64,000 nucleotides of DNA from Tubiluchus corallicola (taxonomy: Eukaryota > Animalia > Priapulida): contig JAQGDQ010000130.1 in NCBI GenBank assembly GCA_030141605.1, positions 205,974 through 269,973 of the forward strand, read 5' to 3'. Position 1 is the stretch's first letter; every line of letters begins with the position of its first letter. Shown here one piece after another: positions 1 through 26,152 of this stretch. The translations under genes were made by a program, and so were the position numbers. The notes under the pieces were generated by a model. It did no database searches. It saw nothing but the letters and a program-made list of their open reading frames with translations, and was not told the origin of the DNA.

Positions 1-2712
1 GCTAATGTGTTTTACGTAGCTCTTGCTACAGAAAGAATTATTTTGCTATAGTCTTTGTTAAATATGTAGTCATAACTGTTATACACTACACAAGTTGTAA
101 CGTCTTTGTTTTGTTCGTCTGTGCCATTCTGTTTCTACAATGCACTAGTGTACTTGTACTTTTTGTTCTGTTCGTTCTATATTAACTATCCATATCTCAG
201 TTTTGCCAACGTACTTAGCCATGTGTGGATTAAACCACAGGGGTAACAAGTCCTTTCTTTTTGACATTTGGTCCTGCTTATAATATCCAATTCTTTTGGA
301 CATGATTATCAAAAACATATTATGCCAAATTTTATGCAATTCAGAAAAGTGGTTGCATCTGAATATGTTGTTTAGTTCCATTATTCATATCATATGTTAC
401 TGTTTGAACATGATATTGGTTATTTACATCATATATATATAACATGTTGTAATTTGTTAGGTGTATTATACAGATTATAGCTATATAATTTATGCTCTAT
501 AATAATTGGTTAGTTTTTATATTTTGTGTTTCTTTATGCATTCGTATTTAACCAAATGACACATCTCCACGTAATTCTTTATTATTTTATCCCAAAAATT
601 TGCGTTTATCGATCAAATGTAGATATTTACAACAACCAAACATTAGCACAAAAATCGTGATTTAATAACATTGTAGAAAAATATTTCTCTATGTACATAT
701 TGGTCTCTGTAACGACCGTAGTGATTCGACATGTAAAACAACCAATGAATGGAAACCAATAATTACTAATAACTCGAGAATACTTAGTTCTTTTACGTAA
801 CAAAGAAAATGCTCCTACATATACAATTTTGTCCATGAAACTATATCCACGGGTTCTATATGGTTAGCAAAACAGGTACAGAAACATGCCTACAATGTAA
901 AAAAAATGTGTGGAAAATGTCTCCCAAAAACAGTAAACAAAAAATGAGATTTAACAATTATAGATGGTATAACTAGTGAAAGCAAAATCGTTACAAGGTT
1001 CAAAATACTCAATATTTTTTGTAATGTTAACTAATCATGGAAAAAATGTTTGAGTGTTGCACGTTACACGTACTTGCATGAAAGTTTTCCTATTCATTCA
1101 TCAATTTCGTTTTTGCAAATGTAAAACAGTCCTGAAATGGTAAAAAAACTGATCAACTGACAAGAAAATGGTTTCCTAATCATGACATGTCATTGGAAAT
1201 TTGAATAAAACATCTGTAACAGTCCGCCTCAGTTATGGTGTGATAACATAACAGCTATATAGAACAGGCCTTTACCATAGAAAAGCTTCCTTTTGGACTT
1301 TTGACTAACAAAAGTACTCAGACAAGTACCGAATTTCCAAAATTTTGAAGCAACAAAAAGCAAAACAATGTACAGTACTCGGTACTACAGTACAGTAACA
1401 CGAGGACAAAAGAACATTTCAGGAGAGTGCAAATACATAGACAACAAAGCACAATATGTGTGAAAACAGAAATCCAAAAGATCTAGATGAAACATTATTG
1501 TACATTGAAGAACAAAACTCATGCACTTACAATTTTTTTTAACTTTTTTGGATAATTTGCTAAAACAAGAATACATAATAATAGTTTTTCATAGGATAAA
1601 AGTCACTAGTGCAGAATTCTTATTTAGATTACAGTACATTAACCAGCAGCATTATGTTATTGTCGCTGGTGTACTGCCATTCAATTAATTAGCTGTATAG
1701 TATCAACAAATTATTCACTAATAAATTATTTACTCTATAAACAATCAAATTATGCTTCTAGTCCAGCTAGGCTTCACTCAATTAATTTCTGAAAATAACA
1801 AGACTAAATATTTTGCATTAATTCTTAACATGAATAAACATAAATAACAGTTTAAATTAACAAATGAAATCATTGCCTAACAATAATAAGCACTTACACA
1901 CAGTATTTTATTAAATAGATCAAGTCCAATCATTAGTGTAGTATTTAACATGTTATCTCAGTAACTTGTTATCTGGATAACGTCTTGGAATCCTTTTACG
2001 AACTTTAAACACAAAGCTAATGACACTGCACGACCTCACAACACTGACCAAGAGAAAATGTTCATACAAAATAAATACTACGTTATCAAAAAGTCACATA
2101 AAGTGTCATCCCTGAACAGTCACAACATTTTGACATAAGTATGCAAAAATTTGTACAATTTAGAAGACTCACAACCATAAAACTCATCATCTTAGCTCGA
2201 TGATTGACTCGTTTTAAATCAATTTATCAATTAATAATAAGTAACAAAACTCAAAAAGTATCACAAGAAAAATGGAGAACAACGATTTCACACTTGGATT
2301 AGTCAGAAATTGTGGTAAACATATGCAAAAATCACAGATATGGTGCTGTATGTTTGTGGTGCAAATTCTATTAACATACTTACATAATCTATGTGCAACC
2401 TACGTGTACAAAAAATGCAGCTGCAATATAATTTTAAGTGTGGAATTCAGCACAATTAACACTAGGCGTACACACAATTTCTACTGCATTATGGTTCTGA
2501 AAATTGAGTATGATTGAAATTTTTTCGTACCATCATATGTTTAACAAGTTTCTGATTTTCGTTTTTAATTCCGACAGCACAGAATTTTCAATTTTTTAAT
2601 GTTAACCTGGGCAATTTACATCACCTCACGCACATGCCTAATATGCTATTGTGAGCATTGACTTTACAGTGCCCTGACAGTATTGTCTACAAGTCTGTAA
2701 TTAATGCCTGTA

Positions 2713-2939
2713 CAGGGTGTTCCAAAAGAAATAGTGCATTCGCAAATCCTATAATCATAGCAATATAACACTGTACAAAATGCAGTAAGTGAGGTCACAG
2801 TAAACAGCATGCACTTCCAGCAGTAACAATAATCTCTTATCATAACATCTTCACACTGAACTTTATTTTTTGTGATTTGATCGGCATGTTTCAGCACATC
2901 AGTATATTTATACGACACTGTTTCTTCTGAAACATCCTG
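2713..2939. mobile_element. Tc1/mariner-type MITE in the putative SH2D4 3' UTR
   Basis: TA|CAGGGTGTTCCAAAAGAAATAGTG ... CACTGTTTCTTCTGAAACATCCTG|TA: imperfect TIRs with TA flanks. Related to the element at 34309-34542. Confidence 0.7.
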
Positions 2940-3010
2940 TACTATCAAAATGAAAAAGGCAAGTGTAAACTCTAAATAGACCAATTCTAATTCTGATGTG
3001 AGAAGACTCA

Positions 3011-14355
<11,345 letters not shown>

Positions 14356-14957
14356 TCAATGGATAAGAATGCAAGAATCAGGTAACGCTGTTGCTTTCAC
14401 CTACGCCACCAACCACATCAAACTGTGAGTAGATGCTAGATTTTCGCAAGTTTGAGTCAAGCAATCAATAAGGGAATCATCGCTGAGCTATTAGTGATAT
14501 TAAGCTATTATGCAACCCTCACTCTACTGTTGACTGCACAATGTTGGCAACAGTTTTAAGTGGCAAGCAGACCTTCTAAAAATTCTCCAAACCCGACTGT
14601 TACTTCTGCCTGTAAATCTGAAACTACAAACAAACATTAAACAGCACATTTCATTATGTATAGCATGTTAGCAAATCTATCTATCCAAGTGTCACCCAGA
14701 ACAAGTAGCACTTAAATTGTAGTTAAATTACTAGTCTAACAACTAAAGTGCTAAGCCGCACTACATTTTAGAAATAAAAAAGCCGAGCTCCCATAACGAA
14801 GCATTACGGTTCTCATCTCGTACACTTACAAGTTACTAGACATCTATAAGTTTGAATAAACTAATTAATATATGTAGCAAAAATTAATGACTTAGTTACC
14901 ACGAAGAAGAAACTTCAAATTTTGTCTCGTCCGAACTACATACTGTCATTAAGGCAA

Positions 14958-15045
14958 GTTGTGTAGCCGAGTGGTCACAGAATACACAAAGCAACCAAAG
15001 TTAAGCAACACTGAACCTGGTCAAGTGCTACATAAGTCCAATGTT
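14958..15045 (+). mobile_element. SINE-like head: tRNA A-box followed by 5S rRNA-like segment
   Basis: TAGCCGAGTGG followed by ACCAAAGTTAAGCAACACTGAACCTGGTCAAGTGC, resembling the invertebrate 5S ACCGAAGTTAAGCAACATCGAGCCCGGTTAGTAC as recalled. Confidence 0.6.
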
Positions 15046-18000
15046 CATTTTTTGAGAGGTTTTCTTTGCCATAAAGATTCTAGGTATTTATCAAGGAGAG
15101 AACATACAGTACACGTATGCAAACGAGGCAAATAGTACTGATGGCTCATTTTTAACAAAAATTCGTTAAAAATGAGAAACAATCATCATCGCTTAGTTTC
15201 TGTTTCTATCACAGAAAAGATATTAGTGATACCCATAAGCACTTTAGTTAGTCAAAACTAACTAAGTTACCAATTTCCCCAAATAATATGTTTGCTATTT
15301 TTCTTCCGTTCTTTGAAACACGAGTACTTTTTTATATAAACATATTTATTTATCAGCATTAACAATGAAGCATATTTATATATATATAGATTGCCTAACT
15401 GAAGTTTCTGCTGGTGTTGTTTTTTGTTGTAGTTACCCTCAAAACACACACACACACACCGCTCTTACTATACAAAATAACAAAAGTTCAGAGCAAGGTC
15501 ATTCTGTCACACAATAAGTGAAAAAGCAAACTGATTTGATACAGCTGTATAGGACTGACGTAGGTAAAAAATAATAGCTACAAATACATAAATAGATTCT
15601 TCTGTCACAAATATAAAGCGGAAAAAGAAACAGGTTGCTCAAATTTGTCAGTTGTATTTTTATATATATATATATATATATATTTTATCAGAAACATGTC
15701 AGATCCACATAGTAATAACTTTGTTTGTTCATTTAAGTCAAAGAATTAAAAAATTAAAACGTGGCGATAATAGATGATAAATGTTAGGTCATGAGACGTG
15801 TCTGATATCGTTGTATTTTCACATTGCAATAAAAACTGAGTAGTGTTTGTACGTTGTTATTTAGTAAACTTACTCACTGCAGACCACCTTCATTTTGGCC
15901 GAATTTTATTATCAATTCCATCAGTTACATTAAATACATAACTTAGCTGCTCACAGAATACTAATCACGCATTGCGTAAACACTGCCATTGTTAAGCAAA
16001 TAAAGCATAACCTGTAGTTATTTGGTTCACTTATAATACCTACAGGCATAGTTTGAAACATTGTGTATGGGTCAATATCTGACCACAGCACCAAAATTTG
16101 ACAGTAAATTAACATTTAAATGCGGTAGATGATTCTATATGTCACATACGACACGAATGAACTATATATGTATATCATGATCACTGTCATCACCTTCATC
16201 GCAGTCACTACTATGAACATCATACTCATTTTAATCAGCATCACCATTCTCATCATCACTGTTGCTCTCCTCCTCATTGCTGATAATCACCGCATCACTG
16301 TCATCATCATCACTGTCAAAACCACCATCCAGCTTATTCACTTACAGCGTATTATGTACTCACGGCCATAGTTTATTAGTTTAATTTTCGCTTATCAAAA
16401 CATTTGAACTCTACAAGGTAGTTCCTTATGATAAGTAATGTAAGAAAATGGTAGCATTATAAGACATAGAAGAACCAATGAAGATTAAAATCCACAATGG
16501 AAAATTTTAAAAAACGAACCTTTACACAAATCAATCTACAAAACAAATAATTAATACATTTATGACAGTATCAAAGTTGTAGTGTCATGAATGTATTAAC
16601 TTGTTTTGGTTTGATAACTAGCATTGAAAATGGCAGTTGCTTTCGAAACGATCGTCTGTGCTTAATAAACACCTTGTTTATTCCTAAAGGCTAGCTCTTT
16701 CATGTATTTAATCTACATTAACCTACAGTATGTATGTAAAAAACATTAGTTACGTCACATGATGATTCAAATCGGTGAATACCAATTTAAAAAAACAAGC
16801 AAAATGTTCTCCCAAAACACTAAGCAACTTTAAACAGTAAACACCTGTTTTAAACAGTCTTGCATTTTGCTGTAGAACAGTACAATAAGTACTGTAGCTA
16901 ATAAAACATACTAATCACATGTGCACATTGCATACACTGTAATCAAGAATCGACAAACTTACCTTAAAAGCTACTATAAATACCTCTGGGACGCGCCTAT
17001 ATAATAAAACATACACGACGCTGTACAGCATGCAATAAAATTTAATCCTGTGGGATAAGACCCAATCCCTGAAACTACCGAAGCACGAAACACAGAGACG
17101 TACCAACGCTGATTTACCCAACGAATCTGCTTTTCTAACAAAAAGGTTCGTAGACAAATACCACGCAAAGTAAATACACAGCTACACAACACAATAAATC
17201 CAGGGCTTGTTCAACTTACTGTATAATATCCATGAGATATGTGCAAATACACGTTGCTGTACAAAACCTCTAGAATCTGACCCATATTCAGAAGTCGGCA
17301 AAGCGTAGAGAGGCTGGTGCTTACATAGCTTGGTAATATCATTAAAACTACAGCCCTGTTGACCTAAGCAAAGAGTATAATAGTTTTTGAAAAAGCCGAT
17401 TAAGCGCGCTAGGTGGGTGCTTACCTCGTGGGATATCTAACAGCAGGAAAGGCTGATAACGCCAGCAATTTTCAAAATTGGAGTTCGAGAGCCAAGCTTA
17501 CGGGGGTACCCACTTCCGGGAACATCAAACCACTATCGAAATAACTATACTTGTACGCTTGTGTCTATACATTAGTGAGTAATGAAAACCAACACACCAT
17601 TTTCTCACAATACATGCTAATTTTCCAGTACAGTAAAAAGCGAACAGAGCATACTACCGTGAAGAGAAATTCAATATGATCTAGTAGAAAACAGGTGAAA
17701 TAATCCGCCTAGTTTATAAACTGCGAGGCTACGAGCATAAAACAGCCGTCCCACGCTAAAGAAGGAAATGATTTATGTCTTGCTTTATGGACACAATTTA
17801 TCCACGAACTGATGGAATTTTTCAACAAGCTGGAAAATAATTACAAACAAAATGCCACAAGGCTTCGCGATCTTTTCAGCAAAGGCGAGAGACTGAAATC
17901 AAACAAGTTTCATAAAGTTCCAGATGAAATATCTTCGCGCACAGCTATTCATGGCTTTGGTGGTGTAATGAATAGGTTTAAACTCATTAAAATCCCACCT

Positions 18001-19206
18001 TACAAATAATCTTTCAATCGTAAGTAGTTAGATCAACACAATTTCTAAGGCTTGAAAAATTTTGTGAAGACATGAACTTTTGTGCCAATTTTCATTACTT
18101 TCTTGCCTGTACCATAAGAAATTTATAGCTTCTGAGCTTTAGTATCAAATTATTAAACGATGTTTATCATATCATTTGAGAGAGAACTAGAATTCCCATA
18201 AAGTAAAAAACAGCGTCGTATTGTATTTAAAAATGTAGTAGAAATTACAAGCAAAAACAGTTAACTGTAGAGAATCAGTTTCTACTCTTATTACTATTAT
18301 TGAAATCATCATTTTGCTACATTATAAACGGATAAAATTCGAGAACAGATGCGAAAAACTGATTAATGTAATTTAAATAACATTAATAATGTAATTTAAA
18401 TAACATTAAAAGAACAGCAATGAGGTATAATCAATGTGAATTTTAAAAGAGATCATAGATACTACAAGCAATGTTATCTTGCCTATAATCAACAGAACTT
18501 TTTGGGCTCAAAACATTCAGAATTTCCATGCCAAACATGTGTAATTTCCAAAATATGTATGTAAACATGCTCTACTAACTTTGTGCAATCATCAAAAATA
18601 AAATTCTGTCAAACTTACTTACATTTACAAAATTTTCCCAAGTTCCCTTCAAGCACATTCACCAAAATAAAGATGTCTATGAGTCAGTGTAAATGTTCCC
18701 CTTATATTTACCATGAGAATTTACCAATGACGTCGTACTGACTCGACATTACATTTTAGCAATGTGAGGAAACGTATATCATAAGGTTACTTATTGACAA
18801 ATAACTCTGACTAAGTGCATTGACTTAGCAATAAAATACTTAAGTAAACAACCAGACTGGTTTTTCTCATATAAACTTATGTAACCAAATGATTAAATAA
18901 ACACAGATATTTAAAGTAAGTAGAAGACTCAAGACTGTTGTCTAGTGGAATTAGAAAGTTCATTCTTCGAGCTTTAAAGAAACGCCGTAAGAAATGTTGC
19001 TTAAACTCAAAGTTGAAATCTTAAGCTTTGGAGATAACTATGTGAAGACCGGAAAGGGAAGGGAAATGTGTTAATCAAAGAGGCATTGTTAACTCAGAAT
19101 TAGTAGGCTTGCATCTTAATCCATGTTTAATCTGAAAAACTCATGTATCTTCAGTTCTAACATGGGCAAAAAGCACCAAAAAACACTCTTTGTAAATGAA
19201 GCTTAA

Positions 19207-19665
19207 AGTCAAACTAAACCCTCACTATGCTATAAGCGTTTACAACTTAAAATCCTACTCGCATTACGAATATTCGTTTTATTTTATTATAAACTTACTG
19301 TAAAACTTGCTACTTTGATTTTTATCTCTTCGTTGTTAGCGGTATGAAATTTGAAGAATTAGCATTTTTTGTTGCACGAGACCAATGACGTTATAAGAAG
19401 AGTCACGAAGTCACCAAAGATCGGTAAACAAACATCAGTAACTAAAGACGCTTTCTGTATGTCGTACGTCATCCTCGCTCACGCCCGCCAAACACACAAA
19501 ATATGGCGATGGCAATCTTTACGGCAATGCACGGTTCGAAATTCACCAGAAAAAGATAATTTATTTAATTTATGTTTCCTTTGTTTAATAATAATTATAA
19601 ATTCTTTGTGTAATTATAATAACAAGTTAAAAAAACTTCAATTTCTGTTGGGGTTACATGGGCCT
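19207..19665. mobile_element. Kolobok-like (TTAA-flanked) non-autonomous element
   Basis: TTAA|AGTCAAACTAAACCC ... GGGTTACATGGGCCT|TTAA. A second copy lies at about 53632-53820 plus 55030-55215, split by an insertion. Confidence 0.55.
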
Positions 19666-19707
19666 TTAAAAAATTCATTGGATACAGAACCTTGTTGACA
19701 GTAACAA

Positions 19708-20090
19708 TGTATAAAACTTGTTAATTTAAGTTCCCGTGATTACTGTTAGATGCAGCCACTTTAACCGCAAGTCATTTGAAACAAGTTTAGATAACATTGC
19801 TTAAAGTTTGGAAAAATAATCAGAGCATTCATAACACACCTCACTAACTAAGCAAGTTTAAATTACTTTATGTTGTCAGTAAGATTAAAAATAAGCTTTT
19901 AGTGAACAAGGGGTACTCACCGGGAAACCATTAGCATTGCTGTTTTACCAGGTAGCATGAATATTTCAAATTATTAAGAATTTTCTTTTCCAATTACAGA
20001 AGTCTTTTAAACAGCTAAGTGTAATGCCAAGTAATATAACTTTGTAAGGAAAGTTTTTTTGAGACATACTTTAATAAAATAACCTTTTCT
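19708..20090 (+). repeat. Dispersed repeat, copy 2 (copy 1 at about 12277-12620)
   Basis: Collinear similarity to 12277-12620 in the same orientation. Confidence 0.8.
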
Positions 20091-23000
20091 TCCTGTTTAA
20101 ATTATGAAACTCGAATTATGTAAAATTGTTTGGCCAGACCTTATGAGATAAGAAAGATTTTACATAGATTTTTATGATTTTTCATTCTGTGACCATGACA
20201 TCCTACCCCCCATACCAATTACACAATTCCCCCTATTCTCAAAGTGGAAAAGTGGTCAACAAGTCCAGCAAACAGTACAGACGACTCATTAATAAGATTA
20301 ATATTTCCATTTCCTCTAACTGTGATAGTCAAAGTGCATGGCAGAACGTAGCAGGTACCACTTGTAAATCTTTGCAATTACACAACTTCAGAATCGAACC
20401 CCCAACCTTACTACTGAGCTAGCCCATTGTCGTAAAACAAACTTTTGATAAGACGGTTACCTCGGGTAAAAATCTTTATGAAACCATTGCATAATTCAAG
20501 TCTCCCACTATCCAAAAGCCATCAAGTTAATGTTCAACAGTCGCTCATTAAAAATTGATTCACAGTAGCGTTTAAATGCAACCAATGTTATTATGATAAC
20601 AATGATTGATAACCGCAATTAATAATTTATCGTGCAATAAAGTGCGGTGATCAGGCAAAAGCTTACTGCAGATTTTAATTAAAATGTTTATGGTGAGCAT
20701 TACAAGTACAGGAAATAGCACTTTAGGACTTAGGCATGTGATATAAATCCTGATAAAAGTGATCACCTTTCAAATTAGGCCTAACTAAATGCCACATAAC
20801 TTAGTTAGCTGTGACAGTTTTAATCCACCCCATTATTATAATTAACCGAAGCTGCACAATTTTTAATCATTATTAATGAAAATGCCTTTTCAAATATGCT
20901 TTCACTTCAGTTAACATATCTGTGCCATAATAATAGGGGAAGAGTTGTGCAGTTACTGGACATACTTGGTGGCAAAAATTAAGCAATGCTGGTCTGAATA
21001 GTAAGTGTATAGGTGGTCATCAGCAATCCGACTACTTGTTACTGAATGCAAGATACCTCAAGGGCTTATGTGCAAAACTGTGAAAAAAATATTGAAATTT
21101 CACTGCAACCAGGCTATTAACACCACCAGATGTTATTTTTAACAAAACATATATGTATAGTAAATTAATTCACACATGGAATAGGTCTACCTTATGATAA
21201 ATAAAATGTCTAGCAGCTTTAGAACTTTGATTGAAAAAACTAATTCTGAGTAATTGTTTCCTCACATCTCATGAAAAAAAGAAACTGCCCACTTAATTGC
21301 TGTAGAAATAACCATAGCCCGTGCCAATTTAATCATAACTGAGGTACCAATGAGATAGTTATTAAGCTTTCTCACAAGTTTAACTCAGCATGTAAGATAG
21401 TACTAAAAACCATGGCCAGTAAGACCAGTAATTTGTAAATTATTTAAAAATGGATGACAACGAACACAAATTTTTAAAAAGCATCAAAATAAAATGTAGA
21501 ATTCCATAAATCGATTTAATCTTGGGAGCTAACGTTCTTGGGACTTCATCTTCTTGTCTTAGTAAAACTTTATTTATAATTTACACAACTGCAAGGGCCA
21601 GTCTGCATAAACAGAACAAGTTAATTAAAGTGTAATGTTTATATTTATTTTATTGCAATATGCAACTAGTTTAGTACTCACGTTACAGTAATCAAACACT
21701 ATTTCAATACTTATGATCTTCCAGCTACAGATCAATTGTTTTATAATTCTCAATTTAAATTGAAGCTACAATTACGTGGCCATCTTGACTTTGCAATCTG
21801 AGGAGAATGTTGAACGGAAACATACTAATTATTCAAAAATCACTTACATGAAAGAATTATTACCACAAAAAACACAATTCGCGCTCGCATGGCTAGTTCG
21901 TAACTGTTAAATGCACTTCGTTATTTACATGGGCACTAATGCCTGCATTTAGTAAACAAAATTGCACAAAAGACAGGTGCTATGCCTTCACAGCTGCTCA
22001 TTTTTGACGTAGGGCACACATTCGAGAGCTCATAAGTGAACACAGCAGTAAATTTCAAGTTTGAAATTTTATCTTAAAACATGCAGTTTTAGTATAACGC
22101 ACTGAATCTCATACAGTAACACTGAACTTCAATTTTCACTTTCGCATACATGTGCAACATGCTCATGGAATGCTTGTGCTGTTGAAAATTATGATCATTT
22201 GTGATGTCATCAATAGTTGGGCTCACCGTTAATTAAGTTTTTATCAAGTATTATTTAATTATCAAAAATGGTTTGCAATATTATTGGTGTTAAGTAGTAT
22301 ACTTTTTACTGTACTTCAAAATAGGATAAGATATGAAAAATTATCCTTAATATTTCCTTTAAGAAAATAAAAAATTTTGAGGCTTGTTGTTCATTAATTT
22401 CACAACGTTTGCAGACGAATGCTATACCATACCAATATTTTACTATCTGTTTGTTAAACTGCCATGTTTAACTTTATATTCCCAGCTATGCAATAATTAA
22501 AAATCAACTGTTTATATGAGCAATAATTTTGGTGAGCTGCTATGTTGCGACTGTTATAGCTTATGTGTATAACAAAGTTGAGGAACAATATGTCATATTA
22601 TACGCCGTCGTTTTGCTACATTTAAAATATTAGGCCACAAGTGAAATACGTTAGTTTTATAATCGCAAGTTCTTAAATGTAAATGTCAGTTAGAGTATAG
22701 ATTTACAAGAACACACTACATGCGATGAAAGGTACGAGAAAAACGTAATGAGGCTTTAAAATCGTAAAATTTGCATTAGTGTTTTGATAGTTCTTGTATT
22801 CAACATATGATTTTAGTCGCACGCAAGCTGCTCTAGTATTAACTGTTAATTATACTATTTGTATGAGAGACAGTCTCTTCGCAGACTTTGTAAGGAAGAT
22901 AATACCGTGTCCATATATCATGGAGTTCAATTATTATTATTTAAGTAGTCCTGACTCCCGGATTAACACTGTGATTAATTTACAAACATTTTGGTAAATA

Positions 23001-26000
23001 CCTGATACTATGCAGCCATAGTGCCACTGACATAATATGTAGAATAATATGACATACGTCTATAGCTTTATGTATCTTAATTAATACTAGGTGTGTTATT
23101 ACACCAGAATTTGTATGTAAGGAATAAATGAGTTACACTATGAATTAACAACGCTGTCAATATCACAGCCAATACTACTACTAAGTCACTACACAGGCCT
23201 TAATTTCTAGCCAACTTTTAGTAGCATTTGACGCGCGTTGGAAGTAAAAGAAATATACTTGTACAGTAAACTCTCATTAGTGACAAAACGAGTGGCCTTA
23301 TTCACTTTTCGGATTCTCATTATTTAACCTCAAGCTCTACCGTCAAGTACCGTAAGTTACAATTACAGTTTATTTGAAAGTATCGCCTTCAAATACACTT
23401 ACCAAATTCTTTCTATGACAAAAAAACGGCAAGCACTGTTTGTATAACAAAAGATACACTTTAAATTATCTCTAAATCAAAATCATGCAATTCACTCTGA
23501 TTTAAGTAAATCGGCTATAATCAGCACTACAGCAGCGTTTGCTTGAAGCACCGAAGCGGAAACAGCATAGTAACTGATGTTGAAAAAGCAAAGTATATTC
23601 ATGAAACTGCACCTGTTCCGATGGCCACTCTTCGCGACTCTTACCATGCCTTTTCATCGGTAGTATCAAAGCAAATGTAAGTTCTGTTCGAGCTAAATCG
23701 AACAAGATCTGGTCGGACTATTTAATAATAAAAAGCGATAATAAATTCGAGGGAGTACAAACGCAATAAATGTGTTCAACTGCATCATAGTTCATAATAC
23801 ACGAACTAGTAAAAAATAAAAATGAAACTGTACATTATAACTATAATTATAGCTTATTTTTAGTTATTATTATTCATAACTTTCGCATATCTTTTATTTT
23901 TTGTGTAATTTTTTATTATAATTTCTGCAAATAAATTGAAGCAATCTTTTCTAATAAAGTTACACATTACAAAAAACCAAACTTTTTGTGTTCAATGAAA
24001 TGAGATTAATAGACGCACGTATCAATGCCCCTTCTCACTAAACAGAATTAACAAGGCAACTTTACCACTCTTGTACTATGTTACTAAAGAATTTAACAAT
24101 CTCATACTCAACCAAGCAGTTTCAACCAAATTCACAAAAACCAGTAATACTCTGCAACAGTCCAAATAATTGTCATTCACAGTAGTGATTCATAAAATTG
24201 TTTTCATCTTCAAAGTTAACATTTGACTTTTATATGAAAACAGCAACCATAAAAATAACAATTAGCTTGACTACAGCAATAATGATTTATAAGACGATTG
24301 TTTTCTACAAACATTAGAATGTAATAAATAATGAACAGAATTTTCCTACAGTGAAGGTCAGACAAAAATCTGCGGTAAAATACAGTTGTTTCCTGGTCAC
24401 ATAATTTATTTTCTAATGTGTACAGTAAGAGCTGATAACAGCTCAGCTAAAAAAGTAACATTACCTATAAACTATAAAAGAGAAAAATCCTATTATTTGC
24501 ATGATTTGAAAGATAGAACATAAGCCTCAAAATAAGCAAGCAACAAAATTAGACGAATAATAACAAATAAACTTTACTGAGCTACAGGATCAAGACCAGT
24601 AAAAAGTATCCCAAATGATAAACTCAAAACAATCAAAACTTATCACAAATATAATTGTAGTTCAGGAAAACTTTGTGTTCGTTCACTGTTCAGTGCTAAG
24701 AGACATTGCAACGCAGGTAAAGTTAGCATGATAAAAGCGTTAACTAGAAAATTCTGCTCAGCAAGATCTTATAACTAGTGCACCAAGAAAGTCTTCACCG
24801 AGCAACACCAGAGACATCACACAATTAACAGTAAAGTGAAACAAAAATAAATAAATTTTTCAATTTCAAATTACATTATCACACAAGCATTATTTAAAAG
24901 AACTGGTGACTACAATACAGTTACTCTCCAGGATAAAAAAAATGCAAATACACTGCTATTAATAACCCAGAGATAATTTTTTTATTACAACTAATGTTTA
25001 TATTTGATAGCCAACTCTCCTCACCTGTAGTAAGATATACAACTCAACAGTTGCCAAATGAATAAAATATTCACATCTATGTGGCACTATGACATCGATA
25101 AGGCAGTAATACTAAACAGCATAAAGTTAGATAACAATTGTTAATAATAGTAACAACAAACAACAAATTTAGAGCTACTTAAGAATTCTCACGTAATGGT
25201 ACGGTTAATTGGTTACAGTATGTTTCTGAAACTACGGTCAGTTAGTTAGTTGCAGAAAAGTGACTTGTTTCAAATACAGCACCAATGATCCAAAAATGTT
25301 TACATTCATTTACACCTTGTCTTAAAGATTGTCATTTTACATACACAACAGTCAGTATAAAATAAATAACAACACTTAATCAACAAATTATAACATCAGT
25401 CACAATACAATAACAAATTTACAAACTATCAAATGAAGTTATTGTTATATTTATAAGTACATGCCTTCATCTAAAGCCGAGAATGCAGAGCTTGTGCTAA
25501 AACATACAACAGTTAAGAGTATCTTGTATTTGCAAGTAATGAGACAAGATCGGGTATACAATATGTAGTCATAGGAGCAGGAATCTGGCAAAAAGACATT
25601 GCGTGAAAATGATTCCTGCACTGAGAAACAGCCTTGTAAAAAAACTGTACAGGTATCATTTACAGAGATGCCATTTCTAGTGAACTACGTGTTGCGTGTA
25701 CACAAAGTATTTACAGTAAACTAAACAGCTAAACTAGTACACGTTTCCAGGCAAGCATCATGCAGTGAGTATTTGAAAATATACAATCACTACACTAACT
25801 ATATCACGTTAATGCGTAATAACTGCTGACAAGTTTTGAATGATGCAAGTACTAGTCACTATTATGTATTTCTAGACTATACAGTCTAGCTATTTTAGAC
25901 GATCCTTATTTTATTGTATACTGGAAACGTTGATGAGAATCGAACATGTACAACAGCCAGACTGCCATTCAGACTGACAGAACTTATTTGAAAGCTAAAC

Positions 26001-26152
26001 TGACATGATCTCCTGCACCAGCATGTATGGGGTCATGTTATATAATAACACTGTGTGTCCCCACATGCAGTTAGACAGTTAGATAGTAATTAGTTTTTAG
26101 ATAATTATTATCACGACATAGCTTATAATTATTATTAATACGGTTGCTATAG

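Noticed and set aside
145-2517. Short ORFs at the start of the window
   Set aside because: AT-rich, no motifs or consistent splice structure; probably SH2D4 3' UTR or intergenic DNA.
14990-15040. Possible 5S rRNA gene
   Set aside because: Only about 35-50 nt of degenerate similarity, preceded by a tRNA A-box; better explained as a SINE head.
16129-16371. Hydrophobic Ile-rich 80-aa ORF resembling a membrane peptide
   Set aside because: Derived from a degenerate (CAT/ATC)n microsatellite.
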